Source: Cycas panzhihuaensis
Lineage: Eukaryota; Plantae; Cycadophyta
Assembly: GCA_023213395.1 (NCBI GenBank)
Contig: CM041465.1
Span: forward strand, 138,639,741 to 138,703,740
Length of the DNA stretch: 64,000 nucleotides
Direction of reading: 5' to 3'
The position numbers and the translations under genes were made by a program. Position 1 is the stretch's first letter. Every line of letters begins with the position of its first letter. Positions 22,271-34,700 of this stretch are shown one piece after another. A model generated the notes under the pieces. It had not been told where the DNA came from. It searched no databases and saw nothing but the letters and a program-made list of their open reading frames with translations.

Positions 22271-23827
22271 ATGACGCATACTTTTTTTCCTCATTCTAAT
22301 TCAATAAAACAATTTGAACTTATTCTATATGGATAACTGAAAGAGGATTATTACGAGATTTTAAATGAGTGCAAATCAAAATGGGCTGGGAGTTTTTGGA
22401 AATTTGAAAAACACTTTGTATTTGCCTATTTTGCAATTCTTGACACATTCAATTTAAAGCTCTCTACATTGGTGGTTACCATGATAGACGAACTAATTAG
22501 AAACCCACATCATGCGACAAAACCAATTAAAATGCAAACACATAAACATGATATTGGAGCTTACTACTATTAATTTAGCTCAATTTAAATTGATGTGTTT
22601 ACATATTACACAAGCATGATCAAGGTATCTATTAAAATACCCACTTGTCCACCCTATTAGACAACAAAATAAAAAGTGGCATTTTTTTCCTAAATATAAT
22701 CCAAACGATCTATTCGTTTGCACATATTCATATTACAATTTTGAATTGTTAATCTTTAATTTTTATGCCAACCTACAATTGATTTTGTTTGGTAATTTTA
22801 GGGTAATACTAGACCTACGCAAGAAATTTATCCCTAGATGAAAGTGTAACATTCATAAATTATCATTCTACAAATACTATATTGAATATAAATCTCTAAC
22901 ACTTAAATTAAAGCCTACCTATTGGCAAAACGGTCATTCTACAAACAATGTAATAGAGAATAATTATTGAGCATTGCCATTCACTTTATAGTATAAAGCA
23001 TAGTTTTAGACTATATATTTAGAACCTTTATTCATTTGAAATCAATGAAATGAAGCATAATATGTACATCCCTTACACAAACAATTAGCAAACTTGTTTA
23101 ACATATTTCACAAATAATCAACAAGTTCATTACATGAATCTTAGATTATTATTTTCAACATAACAACAAAATATTTAATCAAAAATAAGTGAATCTACTG
23201 ATGTGATGCAAGCTCTTAATAAAGTTGTTATCAGATGACTTGGGGAAGCCTCCTCACATTAGTAAGATCTAAGGAAAAGCCACAACAAACCACCCTCTTT
23301 AGTAGCCAACAATGTGTATGGTAGAACACTTGTTTATTTGCCTTGATTACTTTTCGCAACCCTTAAGAATACACATCATAGCATTAAGATTATGCTAGGA
23401 AATGTGTAATAAGCCCGAACATATATTCCTGTGATATCTCTTAAGAATCATCAAGCTAGTAGTTCATTATTGGTTTTAAATTAGGGTTTATAAAATTTTC
23501 ACAAGTCTTATGGTTGGAACACAATTTTAAATTTTAATCTTTTGGTAAATTTTTCAAAAGCCTTGAGGTTAAAATATTACAATGTTAAATTAGTGCTCAA
23601 GAAGCCTATAATTTCTATGCTTATTTTTTAAGCCCCTTGGTATAATACATGTCATTGTTCTCGCATATAGATTCAAGTTGTTTTGTGGCCAATAAATTAA
23701 CAAATATTGTTTTAAATGCTTTGTAATCTGATGCACGTTGAACTTTTTATCTCACCAATATGTTTCAAGTTGGGTTATATTGTTTTCAATGTAAGAGTAA
23801 TACATGAATGGTATCCACTCTGAAGAT

Positions 23828-24256
23828 TAACCGCTATTATTTTCTTTATAAGCGAGTTTTTAATAAACAATGTCGCTAATCAAAGTGCTATGTTGATATT
23901 TTATTTATTGAGTTGGTATTATGATTGATGATGTAATGATGCACAACATTACTGCTTACCATTAAATTAGCCATATGTTTCTCCTAGCAATGATAAATTC
24001 ATAATGTTCTAATAAAAAAGCATGTATCATTCACACCAAGAGAGTAACCACTATTATTTTCTTTATAGGCAAGTTTTTAATAAACAATGTAGCTAATCAA
24101 AGTGCTATGTCGATATCTTATTTACTAAGTTGACATCATGATTGATGATGTAATGATGCACATTACTGTTTAACATTAAATTAGCCATATGTTTCTCCTA
24201 GCAATGACAAATTCACCATGTTCTAATAAAAAAGGCATGTATGATTCAACCAAGAG
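23828..24256. repeat. Tandem duplication, ~217-bp unit x2
   Basis: TAACC(G/A)CTATTATTTTCTTTATA... begins at 23828 and again at 24045. Confidence 0.9.
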
Positions 24257-24576
24257 GGTGTTGGACAAAAGCCCGTGATTCAAGACTCCAGACCAAAAAT
24301 ACAAATTCACAAGTTTGTCAATGGTAGAAAAATGTAGGCAATTTATCTCTTGCAAGAAACCAATTCTCAAACTTAGTCAAAATTTCAAATCTCATATTGC
24401 TAATTTTCCAAAAAATCACAAAACACACTCTAAGACAAAATTAGATGAAAATAATGGTGCATTTTGTCCCTTCCATATTATCATTCATTTTAGAATATCA
24501 AACACCAAGCAACCATTTGGAGTTGAAATAAAAGACTAAATCTATTTCAAGAATAGCAATGGAAAATGTGCATTCA

Positions 24577-24594
24577 TGTGTGTGTGTGTGTGCA

Positions 24595-24630
<36 letters not shown>
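24577..24630. repeat. Compound (TG)n(AG)n microsatellite
   Basis: Read directly. Confidence 0.95.
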
Positions 24631-25629
24631 TAAATTTTATAGCAAAAGTGCAAGCTTAATTTTAGTTGTAAGTTCTAGATTGCGAATTATAAATCAATTC
24701 AATTTTAAAGAAATTTTTGAACTATTTGTTTTCATATCCTTCCAGTGTTGCATATTGAAAATAAAACAAATTTTTACATTGAAACCACTTCATATAAAAT
24801 ATAAAATATACTATTTGAATTCCACATGATAAGATACTCAAAACACAAACTTGACTAGATCTATGGTGTTAAATGCATCCCTAAACAAACTTTTGTTGAT
24901 TACATTAAAAATTTTATATTTATATTTTGAAAACATAGAGAAAATAATACCATAGTTTCATTTGAAGTTTTTATTCATCATCAAAATATCATTGTTTTTG
25001 AAATGATTAATGTAGAGAACTAAAATTTATAATATTTTAGCTCAAAAAGTTATAATAGTTAAAGTCATAGTCATTAATTTGCTCAAATAATGCATTATGA
25101 ATGAACACAAAACATGGTATCCACTTGTATTGTAAATATTCTTCAATTTATTTTTAATCATTTGTTTTGTTCATTTCATGATGTAATTACCTTAATGTGA
25201 TGCACATGAGAAAAAGTAGTGTGTCTTAGTATTACATAAATGAAAAACAATAGAATACTTTAGTGTGATGTGGATGAACCCTACTACATCAACTACTTGG
25301 TATTAAGGAATGGCAAAAAGGAACAGAAGTGCAGGTATTACGTTGTTTGGGTGCACTTGTACTTTAAGCTTCCCACATGTTCATGAACTCACTTAGAGAC
25401 TCATTTTGCACTTTCAACACAATAACCATGTACATGAGCATATATATGGGGGCCCCAATCGCTGTTTCTTATTATGTATGTAATTCTTTCAATTTAACAC
25501 CTCGAACAAATACAATCACTCATTTCCCTTTTGTATGCCTCAAATAAATGGCATGCTCCTAAAACAGAGTTTGTTAGCTATTCAATACCTGCCTCCATAT
25601 TCAATAAAAGGTGCAGAGTTTGTTAGCTA

Positions 25630-25875
25630 CATTGTTGTTCAGATCTAGCTGCTTTGTCTTTTTTATGTTCTCAACCCCCGCCTTGGGGGTGGGCAATGGT
25701 GTGGGGGGATGCCTAATCCACCTTCGCCCTTCATGAGAAGGGCACAGTAGGGGACTAAGGGTTGCTCAAGTCTTTGCCTAAGATAAAAGATTTGATGGAT
25801 TAGTTGATGCAATTCCTTTGATTGAAATATAAATTCATTACTCTCGGGTTCTCTAACAAATATTGAACAGCAACA
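25630..25875. mobile_element. Possible MITE (degenerate ~12-bp TIRs, TA flanks)
   Basis: CATTGTTGTTCA ... TGAACAGCAACA, each flanked by TA; GC-rich core. Confidence 0.3.
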
Positions 25876-25909
25876 TAGGCACTTAATTTTATTGTCCATT
25901 GAAACACTT

Positions 25910-26353
25910 TGTTATCCATTATGACCTCCCTTAGCTGGTGCGGCGATGTCCATTGATCTATAATAGAAAGAATTAACAATTACTGCAAACAATATTCAGA
26001 ACTCAACATCTCAACCATCTATGCCTTCAGATATTCACAAGAAATCAGAATATTAATAGATAATAGATCTCTGCAAGATAATATCAGAATTGCAATATCA
26101 GATTATAACAGTAAAATAAACCATAATATCATATGAGATTACAACAGTATGTTACCCTCTTTGAGGTGAGGGTTTCCTCCCAAATGGCATGGTAATGCCC
26201 TGATGGCTCTAGGCGATTAATCCAGATCACATAACAAATTCTCCAAGACTTGATTGCAAATGAATAATGCTCCTCTATTTATAGCTCTATTTTTCTCCCC
26301 ATATCTAAAAAACTGACTTGTTCTCTTTTAAAAATACTGACTTCACATTAACA
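25910..26353 (-). repeat. Possible isolated LTR
   Basis: TGTTA...TAACA termini, minus-strand CTATAAATAG near 26280, purine tract adjacent on the minus strand; no TSD. Confidence 0.3.
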
Positions 26354-27599
26354 ATTCCTCTTTTATTCTCTTAAAACCGACTTTGCATAATTAGGAACAC
26401 CACAGCTGGCACCCCTGAAGTTCTTACCAAAAAAAGAAAGACAAAAAGAAAGAAAAAAAAAAAAAAATGTTATGAATGCATATATACATCGAGAAACAAT
26501 GATTTTACCAGTGTAAGCACCTCCTAAGGCCCTACATATTTGCCTTGCATTCAACATTCTGCAATGGCGAACTGAGAATACCTTCCAAGCTCCAACACAA
26601 AGCTTTGGCAATCTGCCATCTCATTACAGCTACAAGCGGGTTACGAACAAACCATTTATTACAAGAGGTCATCAAAACAGATTAGTCTAGCACCCCAGGA
26701 TTGTTCGTACATTCAAGTAGCATGCAGACATCTGCATTACTTCTCCACAAATGTCTCTTGCCATGAAATATGGAACTGCAGGGGAATCTACTAGTGCATA
26801 ATTTATCATTGTATTTCAATGAAACAAGAGAATTTTGTTTATGGAAGAAGCATTGAACATTTTGCAATGGAGAAACAAGAATATCCTCTGGACAAAACTT
26901 TTGCATTCTGCCTTGCCATTATAAGAATGTTACCACTAAGCCATTTATTACAGTAGAGTTGTTCAAACCAGGCCAAGAATGCCCCCACAATTGCTGGGAC
27001 ATACAAAAACTTCATATTATTTCTCCACAAATGCCTCCCAAATTCTTTGAAGGCCACTTTAATGAAATATGAAGCACTACCGGGAGATCGATTCATGCAT
27101 AATGCATGCTTATATTTCACAGAAACAACAGATTTAAATAAGTTGTACAGAGCTGTATAAGCAGATGATTTAAATGAAGTTGTAAATATACAATTCAAAA
27201 TCCCTAAAAGAAAAACCACAAAGGTTATTGGATTAACACAAGGACTACAAATTGCTGTCATATAAGCAATTGAAATAATGAAAACAAATGAGCGCACAGC
27301 ATAGGCTGAAAGATTCTGATTTATTGAGCTATACAGGGAAACAAAAGCTTACTGCCAATCTCTTTCTTTTTGCTATGAATACAAAAGGATCAGAAGAACT
27401 TCCTTTTTTATTCTGTGTGTTGCTCTTTTAACAGAATGGGATTACCATCTTGAGTATGAAGGGTGGAAAAAATGGTCCAGCCTTCCATCCCACAACACTT
27501 CCATTTTATTGAAAACATCACCAAGTTGATTTTGCCAATTATTTCAATAAAGGAAATAGACTTTTACCATGCATGCAACAGAAAGAAGCTACAACAGTT

Positions 27600-28457
27600 T
27601 CAGGTCTCCTTCTCATCCAGTGTCTCATCTGTTATAGGGACCTCTTCAAGCTCCTGAATAAGGTCAATGATCAATTGTTCCATCATTTTCTTGTAAATCG
27701 GCATATAATGGTCATTAATCATAGTTCGAGACAAACGAAGTTTACCATAGAGAGCTCTAGACGTAAGGTAAATGCCAACTTTTGGCCTTTGACCTTGCCC
27801 ATCAACATCAACAATAGAGTCAGATGGCATAACAGAAACAATATGCATAATTCTACCAGGAGGATAAAATCTATGGGTGTCATTGGAATCTGATCCACCA
27901 AGATCAATATCTGCACTACCCTGGCCCACAATTTCAGCAGCTGTAGCAACTACATTCTCCTCTTCTTGAATAATTTCCTTCACTGCAGCAGCTTCTTCTT
28001 CACACTCTTGTTGGCCCTCTTCTGTCTTACGCTTAAGCTCTTGCTCAAGATGGTGCCATAGGTCATCCTCGCTTATATCCTCCCCACAAGCAGGGTCAAC
28101 AAGTGACTCCCCATTAATGAGCTCATCTACCTCTTCTTCATCTAGTTCATGTTCTCTATAACCTTCATCGGTAGTATGAGAATATGAATAGTCTAACCCT
28201 ATTCTCCATGTTGAATCAAAACTGCCTTCCCCACTAGATGTAGGCAAGGTTGCACTTTCTATACTGCTTCCATTACCAGACTTGGTACTGTCACTACTTT
28301 CACCCATAAATGTGTGAGAACCATTTTCTGCAGACGTAGATGTTATTACAGATACTGTGCGACGACGAGCACCCATGCATGACCATCCAGATATTCCAAG
28401 AGATGGCCTTGTCCGAACGACAGCTTGTGCCATAGTTTGTGCCTGTCTCATGACAAC
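27600..28457 (-). CDS. Last coding exon of a class-3 lipase (mono/di-acylglycerol lipase family, AT3G14075/AT4G16070-like)
   Basis: Intact 286-codon exon after acceptor ..ttgcag| (28460-28458); conserved VVMRQAQTMAQA..SGWSCMGARRR, LWHHLEQEL, FYPPGRIMHIV, LYGKLRLSRTMINDHYMPIYKKMMEQLI. Confidence 0.92.
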   Translation of the reverse strand, partial: VVMRQAQTMAQAVVRTRPSLGISGWSCMGARRRTVSVITSTSAENGSHTFMGESSDSTKSGNGSSIESATLPTSSGEGSFDSTWRIGLDYSYSHTTDEGYREHELDEEEVDELINGESLVDPACGEDISEDDLWHHLEQELKRKTEEGQQECEEEAAAVKEIIQEEENVVATAAEIVGQGSADIDLGGSDSNDTHRFYPPGRIMHIVSVMPSDSIVDVDGQGQRPKVGIYLTSRALYGKLRLSRTMINDHYMPIYKKMMEQLIIDLIQELEEVPITDETLDEKET

Positions 28458-29640
28458 CTGCAACCCACAAATATTTTGTATTAAAGCAATGTAAGAGTCC
28501 TGTAAAAACAGCCAGTCATTCTTCCATCCTCTAAGTCAGTCAGAGCTTCACCCTGAAGAAGGTAAGAATACTTTCAATAATTACATCTCCATGTGAAACT
28601 CGCTAAACAAAAAATTGCCATAGCATAACGGCGGCCATACTAAACAAATAAAACACCAAGCCTAGTCAGATAATCAAACAAAAACAAGCCATGTGAAAGA
28701 CCATCATTTGTCACTAGCAACAATGAAAGCCACATATCAGATTGGGAAGCCAAAACGAAAACACTTATTCCCCAATTTTTTAAAAGATGTGTGGAAGAGG
28801 AGGGGGAGTGAAGATGCAGTTTCTTACAAGAACAAGGGCAAGTTTTCCACTGACAGCAGTGGAAGGGAGAGGAGCAAATATTCAATGTGTTACAAGGAAA
28901 GGGACGCGTCTTTCAACTAAAACAGTAAGATAGAGGAGGAGCAAAAACACAAACACCCAACTCCATGCAATTTCCCACACCTTTGACCATGGAGGAACTC
29001 TTGAAACTATTTAAGAATTTATTGTTTTCCCTGAGCAGAAACGGGTTAAGAGTGGTCTTCCCAATCTAAGATTTAACAGGTCAAAATGTATGACCATGCA
29101 GAAGAAATCAACAGGCACCCACCTGTAAAAAGAGGGAATAAACATAAACAAGGAAGCATAAACTCCAAATATTAAAATGCAACTACACGAACTACACCAA
29201 ATTTCAACAGTTAACCCTTAAAAAGAGGAAAACTATCCCCTAAAATGACCATCACTTGCAAACCACTGCATTAGCATAAGGCAAATATGACATGAACATT
29301 AAGTCAAATTTGTCTTAGATGCCTCCACCCAAAGAGATCTCTTTCCTTAACCCATGACAAAACTATAGGTGGAACAGATTGCAGGAATAGCCCTCATTTA
29401 TTTATATGCTATTTCAAAAAGTAGAGTGGAATCCTTTTATAGGCACACCTACACCTAGGCACTTATCTTCACCCTATCAACTCATTACGTAATGAAAGAT
29501 AATGCATAATGATAATTAAAAGATTTTGATAATGTCAAAAGTGCACTCCAGAACTTAATAAAGAGCCCAAACCAGTCATTTGAACTCTATTCAATGTTTA
29601 TCATTCCAGCAGAACCAGAAAAGAAGAATGATAGCTATAC

Positions 29641-29817
29641 CTGAGTGCTGTTTGACACTGGACGCCAAATTGCACCTGCCTTCGCAACTCTGGCTCTGGC
29701 ACTAGCAATTGATGGTAATCGGGATCCCAATGCTGATGCAGAGCGATAGACTGTGCTTAGGAATCTTGTTCGTTCAATCTGCTCCCTGAAGTCATTTACC
29801 CAAGCAGATGCCGTGAC
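29641..29817 (-). CDS. Penultimate coding exon of the class-3 lipase
   Basis: 177-bp phase-0 exon VTASAWVNDFREQIERTRFLSTVYRSASALGSRLPSIASARARV...VSNSTQ with canonical cag| and |gt; splices in frame to 28457. Confidence 0.92.
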
Positions 29818-31783
29818 CTGACAAAATATTATCAGTTGATGAATCTGTAAAAATTGCATGCTTAAGTGACATCTTGAAGACATTTACATGCCATACACCA
29901 CTACCGATCAGTATAAACCAACAAATAATACATCAAAACTGGTGTCATAACAAAAGAACAAAATTCTAGCACAATTATCAATTGCAATTGCCTCTCAATA
30001 AATAACTAATGGCCTCAAATAGTCCAACAAACCTAAATCCCTGAAGCCAGATCTACTGATGTTGCAGCTAAGATGAGCTAGTGTTTTCTTCCAACACTCT
30101 TTTAATTATGCTCTGAGCTAGATTATTTCTTATCTTACAGCAAAAGTTATCTAGCTATCTCCAAATCTTGAAAGCTGGTTTTCCTCTGGTGGGGCCTAAT
30201 TTCTTGCTTGGAAATACTCCACATATATTGCCAACAACATATTGCCTCCCTGCCACCGTATCAATAGAACTTTGGGAACAGAATAGTGATGTAAGCATGC
30301 ACCCTCTTCTAAGGACTCTGTACACAGAAGTGAATAGAAGCTCCAAGAATAGAGCTAAAAGCAAAAATTTCTCAGAATATTTAAAAGATATGACCAGGTA
30401 CTCAACACAGAAGATAATTATATCATTGAAATAAAACAAAGGAATAGGATCCCTGTAATAAAAGCTAGACTTGAAAATTGAGATGCAATTGCAATTAACT
30501 TCAATGTCCCCAAGCTATAGTCCAAGTACTCAAGGTAGATTGGAAGGCTCTATGACAGTTGAAACTTTATGGGGGTGTACATGTATCATACAGATGCTTG
30601 GGATTCAAAAGGAGAGGGGATGGGGCACAACAATGAAGTTCTGAAGACCCAAGGCCTTCAAAAATATAGGCAGATCCCTAATTGGGTTACTTGGCCAACC
30701 CTACTAAAGAAGCCCAAAATAGGTTACACTACAAAGCCCAACCCTGACAGTGCCCAAAACCCTATTTACACCCTGATTGACCATTCAAAGCCCTACCGCC
30801 CAAAAGTCCAGATACATCCGATCTGCCACTAATTTACATAAATTGAACGAAGTGTGAATAGAGCACCAAAGGAAGGTTCAGGATCACAACAGATATAAAG
30901 AGAATACCACATTATTGGCAGTAGTATTTCGTAAAATCCTACCCAACAAACTCTTTTAAATGCTTGCCATGTGGATTGACTAGCAAAGGACCCTTGAATT
31001 GGATTGGAGAGAGGACGTCGGCCTAGGGTTTGAATGTCTTGCAATGGCGAGATATTCAGCCTATGCCTACGCATCTGTGGTTTGTCAAATTTATTATTAT
31101 TCTAACAAGTGGAGTTATAGGGTATCCTCCCAAGGTATAGTGTTATGACCCTAATTATGATTAATTATTATTTAATATTTAAAAAAGATATAGGTGAGAG
31201 GTTATGACCTCCCAAAAGGACATTATATTGTATTTATATATGTGAATACTATTGTATTGAGACATTATTCATTTATTAAACTAATATTTGGTCCCATTTG
31301 GACACTTCGTTATTAGCTTGTACATGTACATTCTCCTCCTATGTCTGTATCTTGTCTTCATGTTATGAACTTTGGCTCATAACAAGTGGTTATCAAAGTG
31401 ATTCCCTTTTGTGAGCACTTCGGCAATCTGTGTTTGCATTCATCGTGTCTCATTCTCCTTACCAACTAACACCCCATCTTCAATCATTTTAGTTTCAGCA
31501 CTAGCAATATAATATATGTTGCATCTAGAAAGAAAGAATATGTAGGGTTGTGCAAGGTGCAAATAATCCATGGTGAAATTTAAAAAAGAAATTACGCAAT
31601 TATTATATCTACAAAATAATCTATAAAAAGCCAACCCCGACAGGATTTGTATATCACATGCCCAACAACAATATAGAGTGGCGACCAAACAATTGCCCGA
31701 CTTCCTCCGCGAGCCATTTAAATCAGCCCTTGATACAGAGTGGTGAAATAATATAAATTGTGGTTGACATTGGATGTTGCTTG

Positions 31784-34700
31784 TGTAGCCACGATGGACG
31801 GATTTCTTGGGAAGGAAAGGACAAAACAGAGCAGATATGTGCAATATATATGTCTTCTACTAATCTACGCATAAATAAACAAGATATACTGCTCTTAAAT
31901 GTCAGAAATATGTGATAATATTGAACAAAATATTAAGTACAACTTACAAAGATAGCTTTTATGGCAATTCTCCTCTTCAAGGAGAGGTTCTCTCCACAAT
32001 AATTGCAGCTCTAAAGCCAAAATTATGGCAGCCAACAACACTCATGAATGATGCCATAAAGTTGGCCAACTTCCTCTTTAAATAGGCACTCATTTAGTCA
32101 TTATAGAAGTTGGCCAGAAATAGACATAACAAGTGACAATTCTATCTTGGAAGTCGGCCAAAAGTGGCATGTGAAGTTGGCCAGAAAGTCTATATAAAAT
32201 ATTAAATTTAATCATACTTTTGAATTCGGCTTTCCTGCATTGTTGGAGGTCAACTAGACTGAATATTTAGGGTTGCTACAAGTCCCTCCCCTCAAAAGTA
32301 TGCTTTGCCCTCAAAACATGGGTAAATTTGGATATTGTTGCATCCATGTTTTAGACTCCCAAGTTGCATCTTCTAAGTCTAGGGTTTTCCACTTTATAAG
32401 GAATTCTTTGACTTTTTTGGATCGTAACTCTCCTATCCTTATGTATAAGATACCTTAAAGATCCATAATCATTTTCCCTTCTTCGTCTAATTCTGAAATT
32501 GTCGTCTGGGAGATTATTTTCTCCTATATCTTCTTTCTTAGACAAGATACATGGAAGACATTATAAATTCTACTTCCTAGTGGTAGGATTAATCGATATG
32601 CTACTTCTCCAATTTTCTCACTAACTTGGTATAGTCCAAAGAATTGTGGAGCTAGTTTTTGTCTATTTGCATGCCTCCTTGATGCTTGCTTGTAGGGTTG
32701 ATGTCGTAGGAAGACCCAGTCCCCTATTTCAAAGCTTCTTTATGATCTTTTTACGTCTACTTATTGCTTCATCCTATTCTTTGCAATGTCCAAATTGTCT
32801 TTTAATATTTTCACTATTTGTTCCACTTGCTCCTATTGCTCACGCACCGATTGCACCTGTGATACCTTTGCCCATGTGAGTATAGATGGAGGTTCGTATC
32901 CACATAGTGCTTGAAACGGTGTCATTTTTGCCGCCATATGGTATGTCGTATTGTATCACCATTCTACTAAGTGGAGCCACCTATGCCATTGATTTTACTT
33001 GTCTAAAAAGAAATTCCTTAAGTAACCCTCCAAGCATTTGTTTACTGCTTTGGTCTGCCCGCCTGTTTGTGGATGATAAACTGTATTCATAGGTAGCTTT
33101 GTCCCATCTAATTTAAACAGATCCTGCCAAAAATGACTTGTGAATTTTGGGTCTTGATCACTAATTTTGATCTTAGGAAACCCATGTAAGTGATGTATCT
33201 CCTTCATATACACTTTTGCTATCTGACATGCTTTTGCCATAGTTTGTGTGCCTCTAAAGTAAGCATACTTTGTAAGTCTGTCTACTACTACGAAAATGGC
33301 ATCCTTGCCTTCTGATTGGGGAAGTCCTGTGATGAAATCCATAGTAATCTCTTTTCATTTTTGATGAGGGATATGGAGGGGTTGTAGTAGACCCAGGCTT
33401 TTCACACATTCACTCTTATTACACTGACAAGTGTCACATTGTGATACCATTCGGAGGATGTCTGGTTTCATTCCTTTCCAAGAGAAGAAATTTCGTATCT
33501 TCCAATACGTTGTCTATCCCTGTATGTCCTGTTGTTGGTGTTGAGTGTGCTTCTTCTAATAGAGTCTTTTATCTTGAATGTTGTTGGAATGAATATCTTT
33601 CCTTTCTGCAGAATTAGATCTCCCTGCAATTCGAACTTCAATGTCTTCTAGTCCCGTATATCTTTTAATACTTTCTGTGAGAATGGGTCAATCTTATATT
33701 CTTTGACTAGTTCTTAGGCCCAACTAGGATTGGCTACTATTATTGCCTTGAGAGAAATTTTCCCATTGCTCTCCTCTAGTAATCTTGATAGAGTGTTTGT
33801 TATGACATTCTCTTTCCCCCCTTTGTACTTGATACTGAAGTCAAATGTTTGTAGCTTACTAACCCATTTATGTTGCTCGTCAAATAATGTTTTCTGGTTT
33901 AAGAAGTATTTCAAGCTATTGTGATCTGTCCTAACTATAAATTTGTTTCCCAACAAATATTGGTACCATTGTTGAATTGCGTACATGATCGCCAGCATCT
34001 CTTTGTCGTATATTGGTTTTAGCTTCTCTTTATTGTTCAACTTCCTGCTTTCATACGCTATTGGCCACTCCTTTAGCAATAGAATCACCCCGATTCTGAA
34101 TCTTGAAGCATCACATTCTAGGATAAATTGCAGGGTGAAATCTGATATTGCTAAGACTGATGCCATGATCATTGCCTTTTTGAGCTCTTGAAAAGCGTCT
34201 TTTGCTAACAGGTTCCATCCAAATGCATCTTTTTTCGTAAAATTAGTCAACGGAGATGCAATACGTGCATATCCCTTGATGAACTTTCGAAGGAATCCTG
34301 CTACTCCTAAGAAGCTTCTTACCCTTGTTACATTTTTTGGCGTCGACCAATTGATGATGGCTTGCGTCTTCTTCGAATCTATTTTGATATTGTCTCTTGT
34401 GATAATATGTACTAGGTATTCTAACATTTCTTTCCCAAAGGAACATTTCTTCTTGTTTGCATAGAATTGTGCTTTTTCTAAGATTAGCAGAACATCCCTT
34501 ATATGATCTAGGTGCTCCTCCCATATTTTGCTATATATCAAAGTATCATCAAAAAAAGACTAGCACAAACTTTCGCAACAGAGGCTTGAATATTGAATTC
34601 ATGGTGCTTTGGAACATTGTCAAAGCATTCGTTAAGCCAAAAGGCATAACTTTGAACTCAAATAGTCCTTCATGAGTGCGGAAAACTGTCTTAAAAATGC

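Noticed and set aside
24566-24829. 87-aa ORF (VCVCV..RERE)
   Set aside because: Translation of a microsatellite.
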